A stretch of 64,000 nt of DNA, taken from Trueperaceae bacterium (GTDB lineage: Bacteria > Deinococcota > Deinococci > Deinococcales > Trueperaceae). Positions 48,069-57,348 of this stretch are shown in pieces (within the stretch, counting starts at the first letter, position 1; each line of letters starts with the position of its first letter). The position numbers and the translations under genes are program-made. Location: NCBI GenBank assembly GCA_965215565.1, contig CBDCDZ010000004.1, positions 1,952,001-2,016,000 of the forward strand. Reading direction: 5' to 3'. Below the pieces are notes generated by a model. The model saw only the letters and a program-made list of their open reading frames with translations, searched no databases and was not told the origin of the DNA.

Positions 48069-48150
48069 TAGCAGGTATCATCTGGTTTGAAACACGCTCA
48101 CTTCGTATGACGACGTCTAGCACGCACATTCGGTGATGAGACCTGCGCTA
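48069..48150 (-). repeat. Dispersed MITE-like repeat, copy 8 (overlaps CBS gene start)
   Basis: TAGCAGGTATCATCTGG...GATGAGACCTGCGCTA, 82 bp with inverted termini. Confidence 0.85.
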
Positions 48151-48843
48151 TTTCAGTCCAATACTTCTGATAACCGCTTTATTCAGCTCTACAACCAGCT
48201 CGACGAACACCTCGCGCAAATCATGGATGAAGACTCGAGGACGCCCTTCTACAGCCTCGTCGAAAGGGCCGCCCAACGCCGCTTTATCGTCAAGCGCGAT
48301 GAGGCAACGCTCAAGAAGTACGGCAGCTTGCGCAACCTCATCGTGCACGACGCCGACTATCCCAAGCACGTTTTAGCGGAGCCCACCGAGGAGAACTTGG
48401 CGCAGTTCGGGCGTATCGTGCAACGCCTTATGCACCCGCAAACACTGAACGACTTTCGCAGGGAGGTCCGCACGTTTTCAGAGCGCGACACGCTCGCCTC
48501 TGCGTTAGCGCACATGCGTAGCGGAGACTTTTCTCAAGTCGTAGTGAGAGATGACCACTTAGCCTTACTCACAACCGAGGGCGTAACGAAGTGGTTGGAG
48601 CGCCAGCAAAACGCAGCAAGTTTAGCAGACGCGACGATTGGCGACGCGCTCACACACGAACCTCCCGGCAGTTTTGAATTGGTGAGCCGACGAGAGACGC
48701 TCGAGCAGGCGCAAGCGACCTTTATCGGGGCGTTAGAACGGGGAAAACCGCGCCTCTACGCGCTCATCATCACTGAGAACGGCAAGCCTCACGAGACACC
48801 TTTAGGCGTGGTGACGCCCTGGGACGTCATCGAAAACGACTAG
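48133..48843 (+). CDS. CBS domain-containing protein
   Basis: RFIQLYNQLD..LRNLIVH N-terminal domain; FSQVVV; ALIITENG...GVVTPWD. Confidence 0.85.
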   Translation: MMRPALFQSNTSDNRFIQLYNQLDEHLAQIMDEDSRTPFYSLVERAAQRRFIVKRDEATLKKYGSLRNLIVHDADYPKHVLAEPTEENLAQFGRIVQRLMHPQTLNDFRREVRTFSERDTLASALAHMRSGDFSQVVVRDDHLALLTTEGVTKWLERQQNAASLADATIGDALTHEPPGSFELVSRRETLEQAQATFIGALERGKPRLYALIITENGKPHETPLGVVTPWDVIEND

Positions 48844-51122
48844 GCTTGCAGCGTAATGGTGGGATTGGGCTCCAGCGTCTCCAAAAGCGCCTCGGATAGC
48901 ACTAGCGCCGCCTTCTTATCTAAAATTTGATTGCCGTTGCCGCATTTAGGCGACAACACGCAGCGCGGACAGCCCTCTTTGCAGGTGCAGTCTCGCAAGA
49001 GGTCACGCGCCGCGCCTAACCACTCGGGAAAGCGCGACGCGCCTGAGCGCGTGTAGCCGACGCCGCCCGGATAGCCGTCGTAGATGAACACGAGGGGTTC
49101 GCCCACCGCCGGATAGAAGGGATAGGAGACGCCGCCCACGTCGGCGCGTTCGCAGAGAACGAACACGGGTAAAAGCCCAATGAGGGTGTGCTCTAAAGCG
49201 TGCATCGCCGCGGGCAAGTCGGCGGGTGGGAGCGCCTGCGCGACCTCTTTGACGCTGAACCAGAGTGCTTGCGTCGGGTAAGACACGTCGGGCAAATCCA
49301 AGAGCCGCTCGTCCAGCGCTGCTTCGCTGTAGAAGCGCTTACGCACATAAGAGGTCATCTGCGTGGTGACGCGCACCCGCCCGGTCTGAACGCCGCGCCT
49401 TCTTCCGTCCAGAGACGCCTCACGCTCCAAAATCTCGATCTCTGTCACCGAGCGCGTCTGCGTGTAGTAGTCCTCAATATGGGGGAGCAGGACGGCGACG
49501 CCCTTTTCCAAGTCGAGGTTGCGCACCAAGTAGTTCTCCCCCTGATGCAGATAGACCGCGCCGGGGTGAAGTTCGCGGAGTGCCGCTTCAAAGTCGCTCA
49601 CGCCAAAGGAGTTGCCCGAGGCGTCTTTCATCACGATGCGCTTGCCGCCCGTGCCGCGCACGCTGATCTTCGGGTGCGGGTAGCCGCCTAAGTGATAGAA
49701 CTTGCCGCGCAACTCTTTGAGGCGAGGGGTCTCACGTAAGTCAGCCGAGCCGACGATCTCTTCTCTTTCGACAAGTGGACGCTCGTACGCCGCGCACGCG
49801 AGGTGGAGTGGGTGAAGCTCGCTGTTGAAGGCGTCCGCGACGGCGTTCTCGGCGCGTCCGTCGGTGATGAGGTCGGGATGATTCAAATAATACTCGTCCA
49901 AGGGGTCGTTGCCGGGGATGAGCAGCGTCAGCGCACGCTTGTCACCGCGCCCGGCGCGTCCGGCGCGCTGCCAGAGCGCGGTCATGGAGCCGGGGTAGCC
50001 GACTAAAACGACGGCGTCTACGCCGCCTACGTCCACCCCGAGTTCTAACGCGCTTGTCGCGGTCAACACGCGCAAGTCACCGTTTTTGAAGTCCGCTTCT
50101 AACTTCCTTCTATCCTCCGGCGTATAGCCCGCGCGATACGAGCCCAACCGCGCCGCCTCTTCGTCCGTAAGCTGCCCGGCAGCGTAGCGGCGCAGGAGTT
50201 CGGCGGTCTTGCGAGAGTTGCAAAAGAAGATGCTCTTTAGACCCGTGCGCACGAAGAGCGCGGCGAGGTCCGCCGCTTCGGTGTTGACGCTGCGCCGCGC
50301 ATCTTTGCCGGGCAGCTCGGGCGGACGCCAGAAGAGGAGTTCGCGCGCCGCACGTGGTCCGTGGTCCTCGCGCACCGCCGCAAAATCTAAGCCTGTCAAG
50401 TTCTGCGCGTGCAACGCGGGGTTGCCGATCGTTGCGCTCGCTGCAATAACTTGGGGCGACGCGCCGTAATAGTAAGCCAACCGCAGCAGCCGCCGCAAGA
50501 TGTTCGCCACGTGCGTCCCCATCACCCCGCGATAGGCGTGCAACTCGTCCACCACAATGAACTGTAGACGGCTAAAGAAGTCCGCCCAGAGCGCGTGGTG
50601 CGGCAAGATGCCGTAGTGGAGCATGTCGGGGTTGGTGAGCAGACAGCCCGCGTGCTCGCGCACGGCGCGGCGCTCACGACTCGGGGTGTCGCCGTCGTAG
50701 CTCGAGACCCGCGCCTCCACCCCGAAAACCCGCGCAAAGTCGCGCAGCTTGTCCAACTGGTCGTGCGCGAGCGCTTTGGTCGGGAAGAGGTAGAGCGCTG
50801 CACCTCCATTCTGCAGCGCGCTCACGGTAGGCACCTGGTAGTTCAGCGACTTGCCCGACGCCGTCGGCGTGGCGATGACGACGTGATGCCCCGCTTCGAT
50901 GAGCGTCAGCGCTTCCGCTTGATGGCGGTAAGGCGTGACGCCGAGCGTATCTAAAAGAGGTCGGTAAGCGCCCTCGTAGATGAGCCGCTCCCCTTCTTTA
51001 CGCCCCGGCAAGAAGCTGTAAGAGGTGATCTGCCCCTTGTAGTCCGCCAAAGAGGTCAGCCAGCCGTGATAGGAGCCGTAGTCGCGTAGAATGTCGGGCA
51101 GGGCTTCGGAGGGTTTCGGCAC
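48840..51122 (-). CDS. DEAD/DEAH helicase with C-terminal DUF1998 Zn domain (MrfA/YprA/Hrq1-like)
   Basis: TPTASGKS, DELH, SAT, QRAGRAGR, YDGYPGG.G, CTCKEGCPRC...CGNGN. Confidence 0.93.
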   Translation of the reverse strand: MPKPSEALPDILRDYGSYHGWLTSLADYKGQITSYSFLPGRKEGERLIYEGAYRPLLDTLGVTPYRHQAEALTLIEAGHHVVIATPTASGKSLNYQVPTVSALQNGGAALYLFPTKALAHDQLDKLRDFARVFGVEARVSSYDGDTPSRERRAVREHAGCLLTNPDMLHYGILPHHALWADFFSRLQFIVVDELHAYRGVMGTHVANILRRLLRLAYYYGASPQVIAASATIGNPALHAQNLTGLDFAAVREDHGPRAARELLFWRPPELPGKDARRSVNTEAADLAALFVRTGLKSIFFCNSRKTAELLRRYAAGQLTDEEAARLGSYRAGYTPEDRRKLEADFKNGDLRVLTATSALELGVDVGGVDAVVLVGYPGSMTALWQRAGRAGRGDKRALTLLIPGNDPLDEYYLNHPDLITDGRAENAVADAFNSELHPLHLACAAYERPLVEREEIVGSADLRETPRLKELRGKFYHLGGYPHPKISVRGTGGKRIVMKDASGNSFGVSDFEAALRELHPGAVYLHQGENYLVRNLDLEKGVAVLLPHIEDYYTQTRSVTEIEILEREASLDGRRRGVQTGRVRVTTQMTSYVRKRFYSEAALDERLLDLPDVSYPTQALWFSVKEVAQALPPADLPAAMHALEHTLIGLLPVFVLCERADVGGVSYPFYPAVGEPLVFIYDGYPGGVGYTRSGASRFPEWLGAARDLLRDCTCKEGCPRCVLSPKCGNGNQILDKKAALVLSEALLETLEPNPTITLQA

Positions 51123-51367
51123 CCTCTAAGCGTACCGCACGCCGCCTCACGAGAGGTATTTTTGAGAAGCTTTTGAGTGAGAGTCGTAGGGGATTCGAGC
51201 GCACCTCTCCACACGTCTCTTACGGTATCTTTGTCCTTTCAAAGCGACAACAGTGGCATTCTAGGCGTCACTTTTTGCAATCTCACCTCGCATTGTGAGA
51301 ATTCAAACATGCTACACTCCCTTGTCATGCGCGTTCATCTCAGCTTAATCTTTCTAGGGGTTGTCTC

Positions 51368-52591
51368 GTGATAACAACTATTTTTTTGGTCTTGCTCTAC
51401 GCTCTGGTCCTGCCCTACATCGGCTTAATGCTGATGGTCATCGTCGGGCTCTTTCGGCGCAACCAGCGCTCCTTTAACCCGGCGACGCCCTCGGTCAGCG
51501 TGATCATCCCGGCGCACAACGAAGAGGACAAGCTAGGCGCAACCTTAGCTTCACTCTCTCAGCAGCGTTACGACGGTGACTTGGAGTTCGTCATCGTCAA
51601 TGACCGTTCGCGCGACGCGACGGAGGCGATCGTTCGAGACTTCGCCAGACGCGATCCGCGCTTCCGGCTAGTAAACGTGACAGAGCCGAGCCGCCGCCTC
51701 GCCCCTAAAGTCAACGCTGTCAATATCGGCATCGCGAGTTCAACGGGCGAGATCATCTTGACGAGCGACGCGGACTGCCAGTACCCCACAAGTTGGGTCA
51801 GCGGCATGGTCTCGCACTTCGAGCCGGACGTGGCGATGGTCGTGGGCTACGTCGAAAGCACGCAAGCAGGCGACGGAGCAGGCGCGGTGCAGCGCTTCGA
51901 GTCCACCGACTGGCTCTCTCTGATGCTCACTTCGATGGCTTTAACGCATTTCGGCTGGAAGTTCGCGAGCAGCGCCAACAACCAGGGCTACCGCCGCCGC
52001 GCCTTCCACGCCATCGGCGGCTTCGGCGCGTCGGGGCGCGCGCCCTCGGGTGACGAAGACCTCTTGACGCAGCGCATGGGGCGTCTGCAAGAAGGGCGCA
52101 TCGTCTTCGCGAGTGACCCCAGCATCCGCGTCTTCACCCAGCCAATGCCCACTGCGCTCGCCCTCCTCAACCAGCGCCGCCGCTGGGTCTCACGCTACCA
52201 CCACGCGATGCACTACCATCCCGCATTCTGGCTGAGCATCTTTATCTTGGGCTTTCAGAGCATCTTTTTATCCGCTGGAATTCTCTTATCACCCTTCTTC
52301 CCGGAGATTGTACCTTATGTATTCGGGCTCTGGGCGGTCAAACTCGCCGTAGAATTTTACGGCATGTACGTCGGCACAGGGATGATGGGACGGCGCGACC
52401 TGTGGGGCATTACCACCATCACCTGGGCGGTGCTGCATCCCTTTTTCATCGCGACTGTGGTGATCTGGTCACTCATCAAAACGGGTGAATGGAAAGCCGG
52501 GGCGCAGGGCTATAGACGGCGCTTTGTGAAGCGGCAGATGAGAGAGATTAAGCGCGAGTGGAAGCGCAAGGTGCGGGGTGGATTGTTGTAA
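51368..52591 (+). CDS. GT2 family membrane glycosyltransferase
   Basis: VSVIIPAHNEE, DAD, GDED, QRRRW, C-terminal TMs. Confidence 0.9.
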   Translation: MITTIFLVLLYALVLPYIGLMLMVIVGLFRRNQRSFNPATPSVSVIIPAHNEEDKLGATLASLSQQRYDGDLEFVIVNDRSRDATEAIVRDFARRDPRFRLVNVTEPSRRLAPKVNAVNIGIASSTGEIILTSDADCQYPTSWVSGMVSHFEPDVAMVVGYVESTQAGDGAGAVQRFESTDWLSLMLTSMALTHFGWKFASSANNQGYRRRAFHAIGGFGASGRAPSGDEDLLTQRMGRLQEGRIVFASDPSIRVFTQPMPTALALLNQRRRWVSRYHHAMHYHPAFWLSIFILGFQSIFLSAGILLSPFFPEIVPYVFGLWAVKLAVEFYGMYVGTGMMGRRDLWGITTITWAVLHPFFIATVVIWSLIKTGEWKAGAQGYRRRFVKRQMREIKREWKRKVRGGLL

Positions 52592-52656
52592 AGAGGTGGT
52601 GTTGAAGACGTTTTAGCACCTCTTTTTTCCTCTAATTTTTTCTTTGGAGAGAGTTT

Positions 52657-53157
52657 GTGCCAGACATTCTCGCAAAGCTTATCGAACATAGCAACTGGGC
52701 GAATTTTCAGATTATCGAAGCTTGCTCTACTCTGAGTGAGGAGCAATTGAACGCGGTTCCTCTGCCCACCTCGAGCTGGAGCATTCGCCACACCTTGTTT
52801 CACCTCGTGGAGTCGCAAGGGGGCTACGTTTCGCTCTTGACCTCTTCACCTGAGCGGAAACAAGCTATCCCTCTCACCGCCTCTTTTACCGAGTTACGGC
52901 GAGCAGCCGAAAAGAGCGGAGAGGCGCTACTCACCCTCGCTCACAGCGAAACTGGCGAATATTTCGCCGCACGTATTCAGACGGCGGATGGTTACTTCAT
53001 AGACCTGTGGGTCGTCGTCGTTCAAGCGATCAACCACGCAACAGAGCACCGTAGACAAGTTTGTAGGATGTTGAGGATTTTAGACGTCACGCCGCCTAGA
53101 CTCGATGGCTGGGCATTTGGAGAGGCTACGGACGCGGTTCTTCCGATTCGCACCTGA
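52657..53157 (+). CDS. DinB family protein
   Basis: HSNWAN, SIRHTLFHL, NHATEHRRQ. Confidence 0.88.
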   Translation: MPDILAKLIEHSNWANFQIIEACSTLSEEQLNAVPLPTSSWSIRHTLFHLVESQGGYVSLLTSSPERKQAIPLTASFTELRRAAEKSGEALLTLAHSETGEYFAARIQTADGYFIDLWVVVVQAINHATEHRRQVCRMLRILDVTPPRLDGWAFGEATDAVLPIRT

Positions 53158-53307
53158 GAACGAGGAACCTCTCAAGCCCCTTTTAACCCAGCCTTCACCC
53201 TAAGTGGTAAGCTACCCCCAGCATGTCCCACTACCAAACTGCTACGCAACGCGCAGTTTGATTTTTCATTCGGGGCTACCTTGTGAAGACTACCTATGGA
53301 GGCAACC

Positions 53308-54519
53308 ATGAAAGTCATGATTTTAGGCGGAGACGGCTTCTGCGGCTGGCCCACGGCGCTGCACCTGTCGAACTTGGGTCACGACGTGATCATCTTGGAC
53401 AACTTGTCGCGGCGCAACATCGACAACGAGTTGGAGGCGGGTTCACTTACCCCCATTCAGCCCATCGGCACGCGCCTCAAAACTTGGCAAGAGGTCTCGG
53501 GTGAGACGATAGGCTTCTACAACCTCGATATTGCCCAGGAATACGAGCGCCTACTGCACGTCATCTTAGCGGAAGAACCGGACGCCATTGTGCACTTCGC
53601 TGAGCAACGCGCCGCGCCCTACTCGATGAAGTCACCCAGGCACAAGCGCTATACGGTGAATAATAACCTCAACGCGACGCACAACGTGCTCTGCGCCATT
53701 GTCGAGTCGGGCTTGGACATCCACGTCGCGCACTTGGGCACGATGGGTGTCTACGGTTACGGCACGGCGGGCATGAAAATCCCCGAGGGCTACCTGGACG
53801 TCGAGGTCAAGACCGACACGGGCGAGCGCATGATGCAGCAGATTCTCTACCCGACGAACCCCGGCAGCGTCTACCACATGACCAAAACGCAAGACCAGCT
53901 CTTCTTCGCGTACTACAACAAAAACGACGGCGTGCGGGTTACGGATTTGCACCAGGGTATCGTCTGGGGCACCAACACCGCTGAGACGAAGCGCGACGAG
54001 CGCCTAGTGAACCGCTTCGACTACGACGGCGACTACGGCACCGTCTTGAACCGCTTCCTGATGCAAGCCGCCGTCGACTATCCGCTGACCGTGCACGGCA
54101 CGGGCGGACAGACGCGGGCGTTCATTCACATTCAAGACACGGTCAAGTGCATCCAACTAGCTTTAGAAAATCCCCCCGCAAAGGGTGAGCGCGTCAAAAT
54201 CTTGAACCAGATGACCGAAACGCACCGCGTGCGCGACCTAGCCGAGATGATCAGCGAGATGACGGGTGCGGAGGTAGCCTATCTGGACAACCCGCGCAAG
54301 GAAGCGGCCGAAAACGACCTCCACGTCAAAAACGACCTCTTCTTGGATATGGGACTCAACCCGACAACGCTTTCTGAGGGTTTGCTCTTAGAGGTCACAG
54401 ACATCGCCCGCAAATATAAGGACCGCGCCGACATGAGCAAAATCCCCTCGACTTCGGTGTGGACGAAGGAGCAGAAGGCGGGGATTTTGAAGGATAAGAA
54501 GCTCGAGGCGGCGAGCTGA
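53308..54519 (+). CDS. sqdB: UDP-sulfoquinovose synthase
   Basis: GGDGFCGWPTAL, HFAEQRAAPYSM, HLGTMGVYGY, PGSVYHMTK, TDLHQGIVWG, NRFDYDG. Confidence 0.93.
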   Translation: MKVMILGGDGFCGWPTALHLSNLGHDVIILDNLSRRNIDNELEAGSLTPIQPIGTRLKTWQEVSGETIGFYNLDIAQEYERLLHVILAEEPDAIVHFAEQRAAPYSMKSPRHKRYTVNNNLNATHNVLCAIVESGLDIHVAHLGTMGVYGYGTAGMKIPEGYLDVEVKTDTGERMMQQILYPTNPGSVYHMTKTQDQLFFAYYNKNDGVRVTDLHQGIVWGTNTAETKRDERLVNRFDYDGDYGTVLNRFLMQAAVDYPLTVHGTGGQTRAFIHIQDTVKCIQLALENPPAKGERVKILNQMTETHRVRDLAEMISEMTGAEVAYLDNPRKEAAENDLHVKNDLFLDMGLNPTTLSEGLLLEVTDIARKYKDRADMSKIPSTSVWTKEQKAGILKDKKLEAAS

Positions 54520-54799
54520 AGAGCGAGTATGAACAGATTCTAATAGTGGGTCAAGGTCACGCGCCTCGTGAGTGGAATCCAACTCCTGCTAGAGAGGGGT
54601 TGCAACCCCTTGTTCATATTCAGTGAGTATTCCAAAGGGAGCCACTACTCGAATTCTAATTTAAGACCTGACTTAATAAACGGCCTTTAGCCCTTAGGTG
54701 TTGGCTCAAAGCTAATTGCCAAGGGCCATGTAGACCGAGAAGAAAGGGGTAAAGAGCAAAGCGGAACCTATTTTTCTCTTTGCCCTTTTAGTGACTCCT

Positions 54800-55945
54800 A
54801 TGCGCATCGCCCTCTTCACCGAAGTCTTTCTGCCCAAAATCGACGGAGTCGTGACCCGTATCGTGCGCACATTGGACCAGCTTCGCGCGCTCGGTCACGA
54901 GGTGCTCATCTTTGCGCCGCACAACCCGCCCGAATCGTATGCGGGATATAAGGTGGTGCGCGTGCCGGGCGTGCCCTTTAGACCCTGGTACCCCGAACTC
55001 GTTTTAGGGATGCCGCGCCCGCGCTTAGGGCGCGAGTTGGACGCCTTTGCGCCCGACGTCGTCCACGTGGTTAACCCAGTCATTTTAGGTCTTTGGGGCA
55101 CGGCGATTGCTAAGCAGCGTAACTTGCCCCTCCTAGCGAGCTTTCACACCGACTTGCCGCAGTATGTGGACCACCTCAAGCTCGGCTTTCTGAAACCTCT
55201 TTCGTACACCTGGATTCGCGACGTGCATAACCAAGCGCACGTCAACCTCTGCACGAGCCAGCCGATGGTCAACTCGGCGCAGGGATTGGGCATCAAGCGG
55301 GTACGGCTCTGGCCCAAAGCGGTGGATACCGAGTCTTATAGTCCGAAGAACGAGTCCGCCGCGATGCGCGAACGACTTTCAGGCGGACACCCCGAGTTGC
55401 CCCTGATGATCTACATCGGGCGGCTCTCACATGAGAAGCGGCTCGAGTGGCTCTACGCCCCCATCACCCAACTCAGCGGCGTGCGCTTGGCCTTCGTCGG
55501 CTCGGGACCGGCGGAAGCGTTTTTGAAAGAGCGTTTCAAGGACACGCCCACCGTCTTCACGGGCTATATGAGCGGGCGAGACTTAGCCGAGGCGTACGCG
55601 AGCGCCGACGTATTCGCCTTCCCTAGCGACACCGAGACGCTGGGCTTCGTCGCGATGGAGGCGATGGCGTCAGGTATTCCGGTAGTCGGCGCGCGGGCGG
55701 GCGGCATCCCCGACGTCATCACGCCGGGCGAAAACGGCTTCATGTTCACCCCCGGCGACTTGGGCGAGTTGACGGGACATCTCGCCCGGCTTCTACAAGA
55801 TGCCGAATTACGCAAGAGGTTGGGGCGACAAGCGCGGCAAAGCGTCGAGCACTGGGGCTGGCGAGAGAGTACGCAGGCGCTGCTCGAGTACTACGAGCGG
55901 GCCAAAACCATACACAAGAGGTATGACCCGCCGAGTCGATACTGA
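54800..55945 (+). CDS. sqdX: GT4 glycosyltransferase, sulfoquinovosyldiacylglycerol synthase-like
   Basis: MRIALFTEVFLPKIDGVVTR, ASFHTDLP, GRLSHEK, ETLGFVAMEAMASG; directly downstream of sqdB. Confidence 0.8.
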   Translation: MRIALFTEVFLPKIDGVVTRIVRTLDQLRALGHEVLIFAPHNPPESYAGYKVVRVPGVPFRPWYPELVLGMPRPRLGRELDAFAPDVVHVVNPVILGLWGTAIAKQRNLPLLASFHTDLPQYVDHLKLGFLKPLSYTWIRDVHNQAHVNLCTSQPMVNSAQGLGIKRVRLWPKAVDTESYSPKNESAAMRERLSGGHPELPLMIYIGRLSHEKRLEWLYAPITQLSGVRLAFVGSGPAEAFLKERFKDTPTVFTGYMSGRDLAEAYASADVFAFPSDTETLGFVAMEAMASGIPVVGARAGGIPDVITPGENGFMFTPGDLGELTGHLARLLQDAELRKRLGRQARQSVEHWGWRESTQALLEYYERAKTIHKRYDPPSRY

Positions 55946-56047
55946 AAGGCAGAAGCAAGAAGCAAGAAGTGAAATGCCTGCTTCTTGCTTCTTTTTACTC
56001 CTCCTCCCACCACTGCCCTCCATTCCCCTTTTGCGGTAGCATAGCGT

Positions 56048-56941
56048 ATGGTTCGCCCCCTCGAGACCCAGCACCTCCCGCCGCTTTTAGAGCTGCTCAA
56101 ACTGCAGGATAACCATGCCGAGCTGCGCACCATGAGCCCGGAGAGCCGCGAGCTTGAAGAGTTGGCGCTCGAGTTAGGCGAACTCTCGCCCTACAGCGAA
56201 CTGTTCCCATTCGTCTTAGAGCGGGGCGGCGACTTCGGCGCATATGTGGCGCTCTGCAACTACAGTGGCGAGGCGTTCTTGGAGGGTCCACTGATTCAAC
56301 CTGAGTTGGAGGCGGACGCCGCCTATCCTTTAGTCGAAAAGGCAGTCGAGGAGGCGCGGCGCTACGGCTACGGCTTTTTAGAGGCGTTCACCGACGAGGA
56401 GAACGCACGGGCTCAAGAGGTCTTGAGCGCGAACGACTTCGAACCCTTTCGCACCACCTACATCTACGAATTCACCCGCCGAGATGCGCTGAGGCCCCTT
56501 TCGCCAAGCGACTTTCGCTTCGACACCTCGGGCGAAATCACCGCCTCGGACTACCGCACCCTCTACCGCGAGACGAGCGACAACTGGAGCACCCGCTTAG
56601 CCTGGAGCGACGAAGAACTCGCTGAGCGCTTCGCCGAGCCGGACGTGAAGCTGATGCTGGCGTATAGGGGCGAAGAGGTCGTCGGGCATTTAGAGTTGGA
56701 GCTTATTCCCGAAGAGAACTACGCCGAAATCGCCTACTTCGGTGTGTTGCCGGGGGCGAGAGGGCAGAAACTCGGGCAGCTTTTGCTCCTACGCGGTCTC
56801 CACGAAGCGTTTCAAGACGAGGGCGTCTCGCTGGTACTAGCGCGCGCACACGACGATGAACGCGCCGCGTCGTTCGCATTGGAGAAGACGGGCTTTCACC
56901 TCTCACATGGGGTGGTTGCATGGACGCTCGAGCTGGATTAA
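56048..56941 (+). CDS. Tandem GNAT acetyltransferase
   Basis: C-terminal GVLPGARGQKLG acetyl-CoA motif; two-domain length. Confidence 0.8.
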   Translation: MVRPLETQHLPPLLELLKLQDNHAELRTMSPESRELEELALELGELSPYSELFPFVLERGGDFGAYVALCNYSGEAFLEGPLIQPELEADAAYPLVEKAVEEARRYGYGFLEAFTDEENARAQEVLSANDFEPFRTTYIYEFTRRDALRPLSPSDFRFDTSGEITASDYRTLYRETSDNWSTRLAWSDEELAERFAEPDVKLMLAYRGEEVVGHLELELIPEENYAEIAYFGVLPGARGQKLGQLLLLRGLHEAFQDEGVSLVLARAHDDERAASFALEKTGFHLSHGVVAWTLELD

Positions 56942-57097
56942 ACGAGTTTAAACCTACAAAAAAGCCCATAGACGCACCCTAAAACTCCATTTTCACCTCT
57001 TTTTATAAACCGTCTCTTGTTTTAGCACTTCCAAAATATACTGATAGCAGTTCCACTTATCGTTGCTTGGACAAAGTCATGCGAAGCAACACTTTTC

Positions 57098-57200
57098 CGC
57101 AGATCTCATTGCGCAGCAATAGCGGAATTTCATCCCTGAAAGTGCGTGCTAGGCGATGTTCTCTTTATTAAGAGTGTAGCTGACCAGATGATACCTGCTA
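57098..57200 (+). repeat. Dispersed MITE-like repeat, copy 9
   Basis: 81-bp core TAGCGGAATTTCATC...GACCAGATGATACCTGCTA (57120-57200), preceded by CGCAGATCTCATTGCGCAGCAA. Confidence 0.85.
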
Positions 57201-57348
57201 TTTCATTAACCCTTCATGCAAGCTATACAAAACTTCACAACCTGTTATTCATCTGTTATCTTGCGCGTGTTCGCATTCACCGACACGGTGAGACAGTTTA
57301 CGCAATGCTCGTCACGCAGCGCTTGTACGCAACACCAGGGAGGCATTC

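Noticed and set aside
48840..51122. DISARM/Druantia-type defence helicase (DUF1998)
   Set aside because: The single-chain helicase + DUF1998 architecture fits the MrfA/Hrq1 repair family, and no partner defence genes are adjacent.
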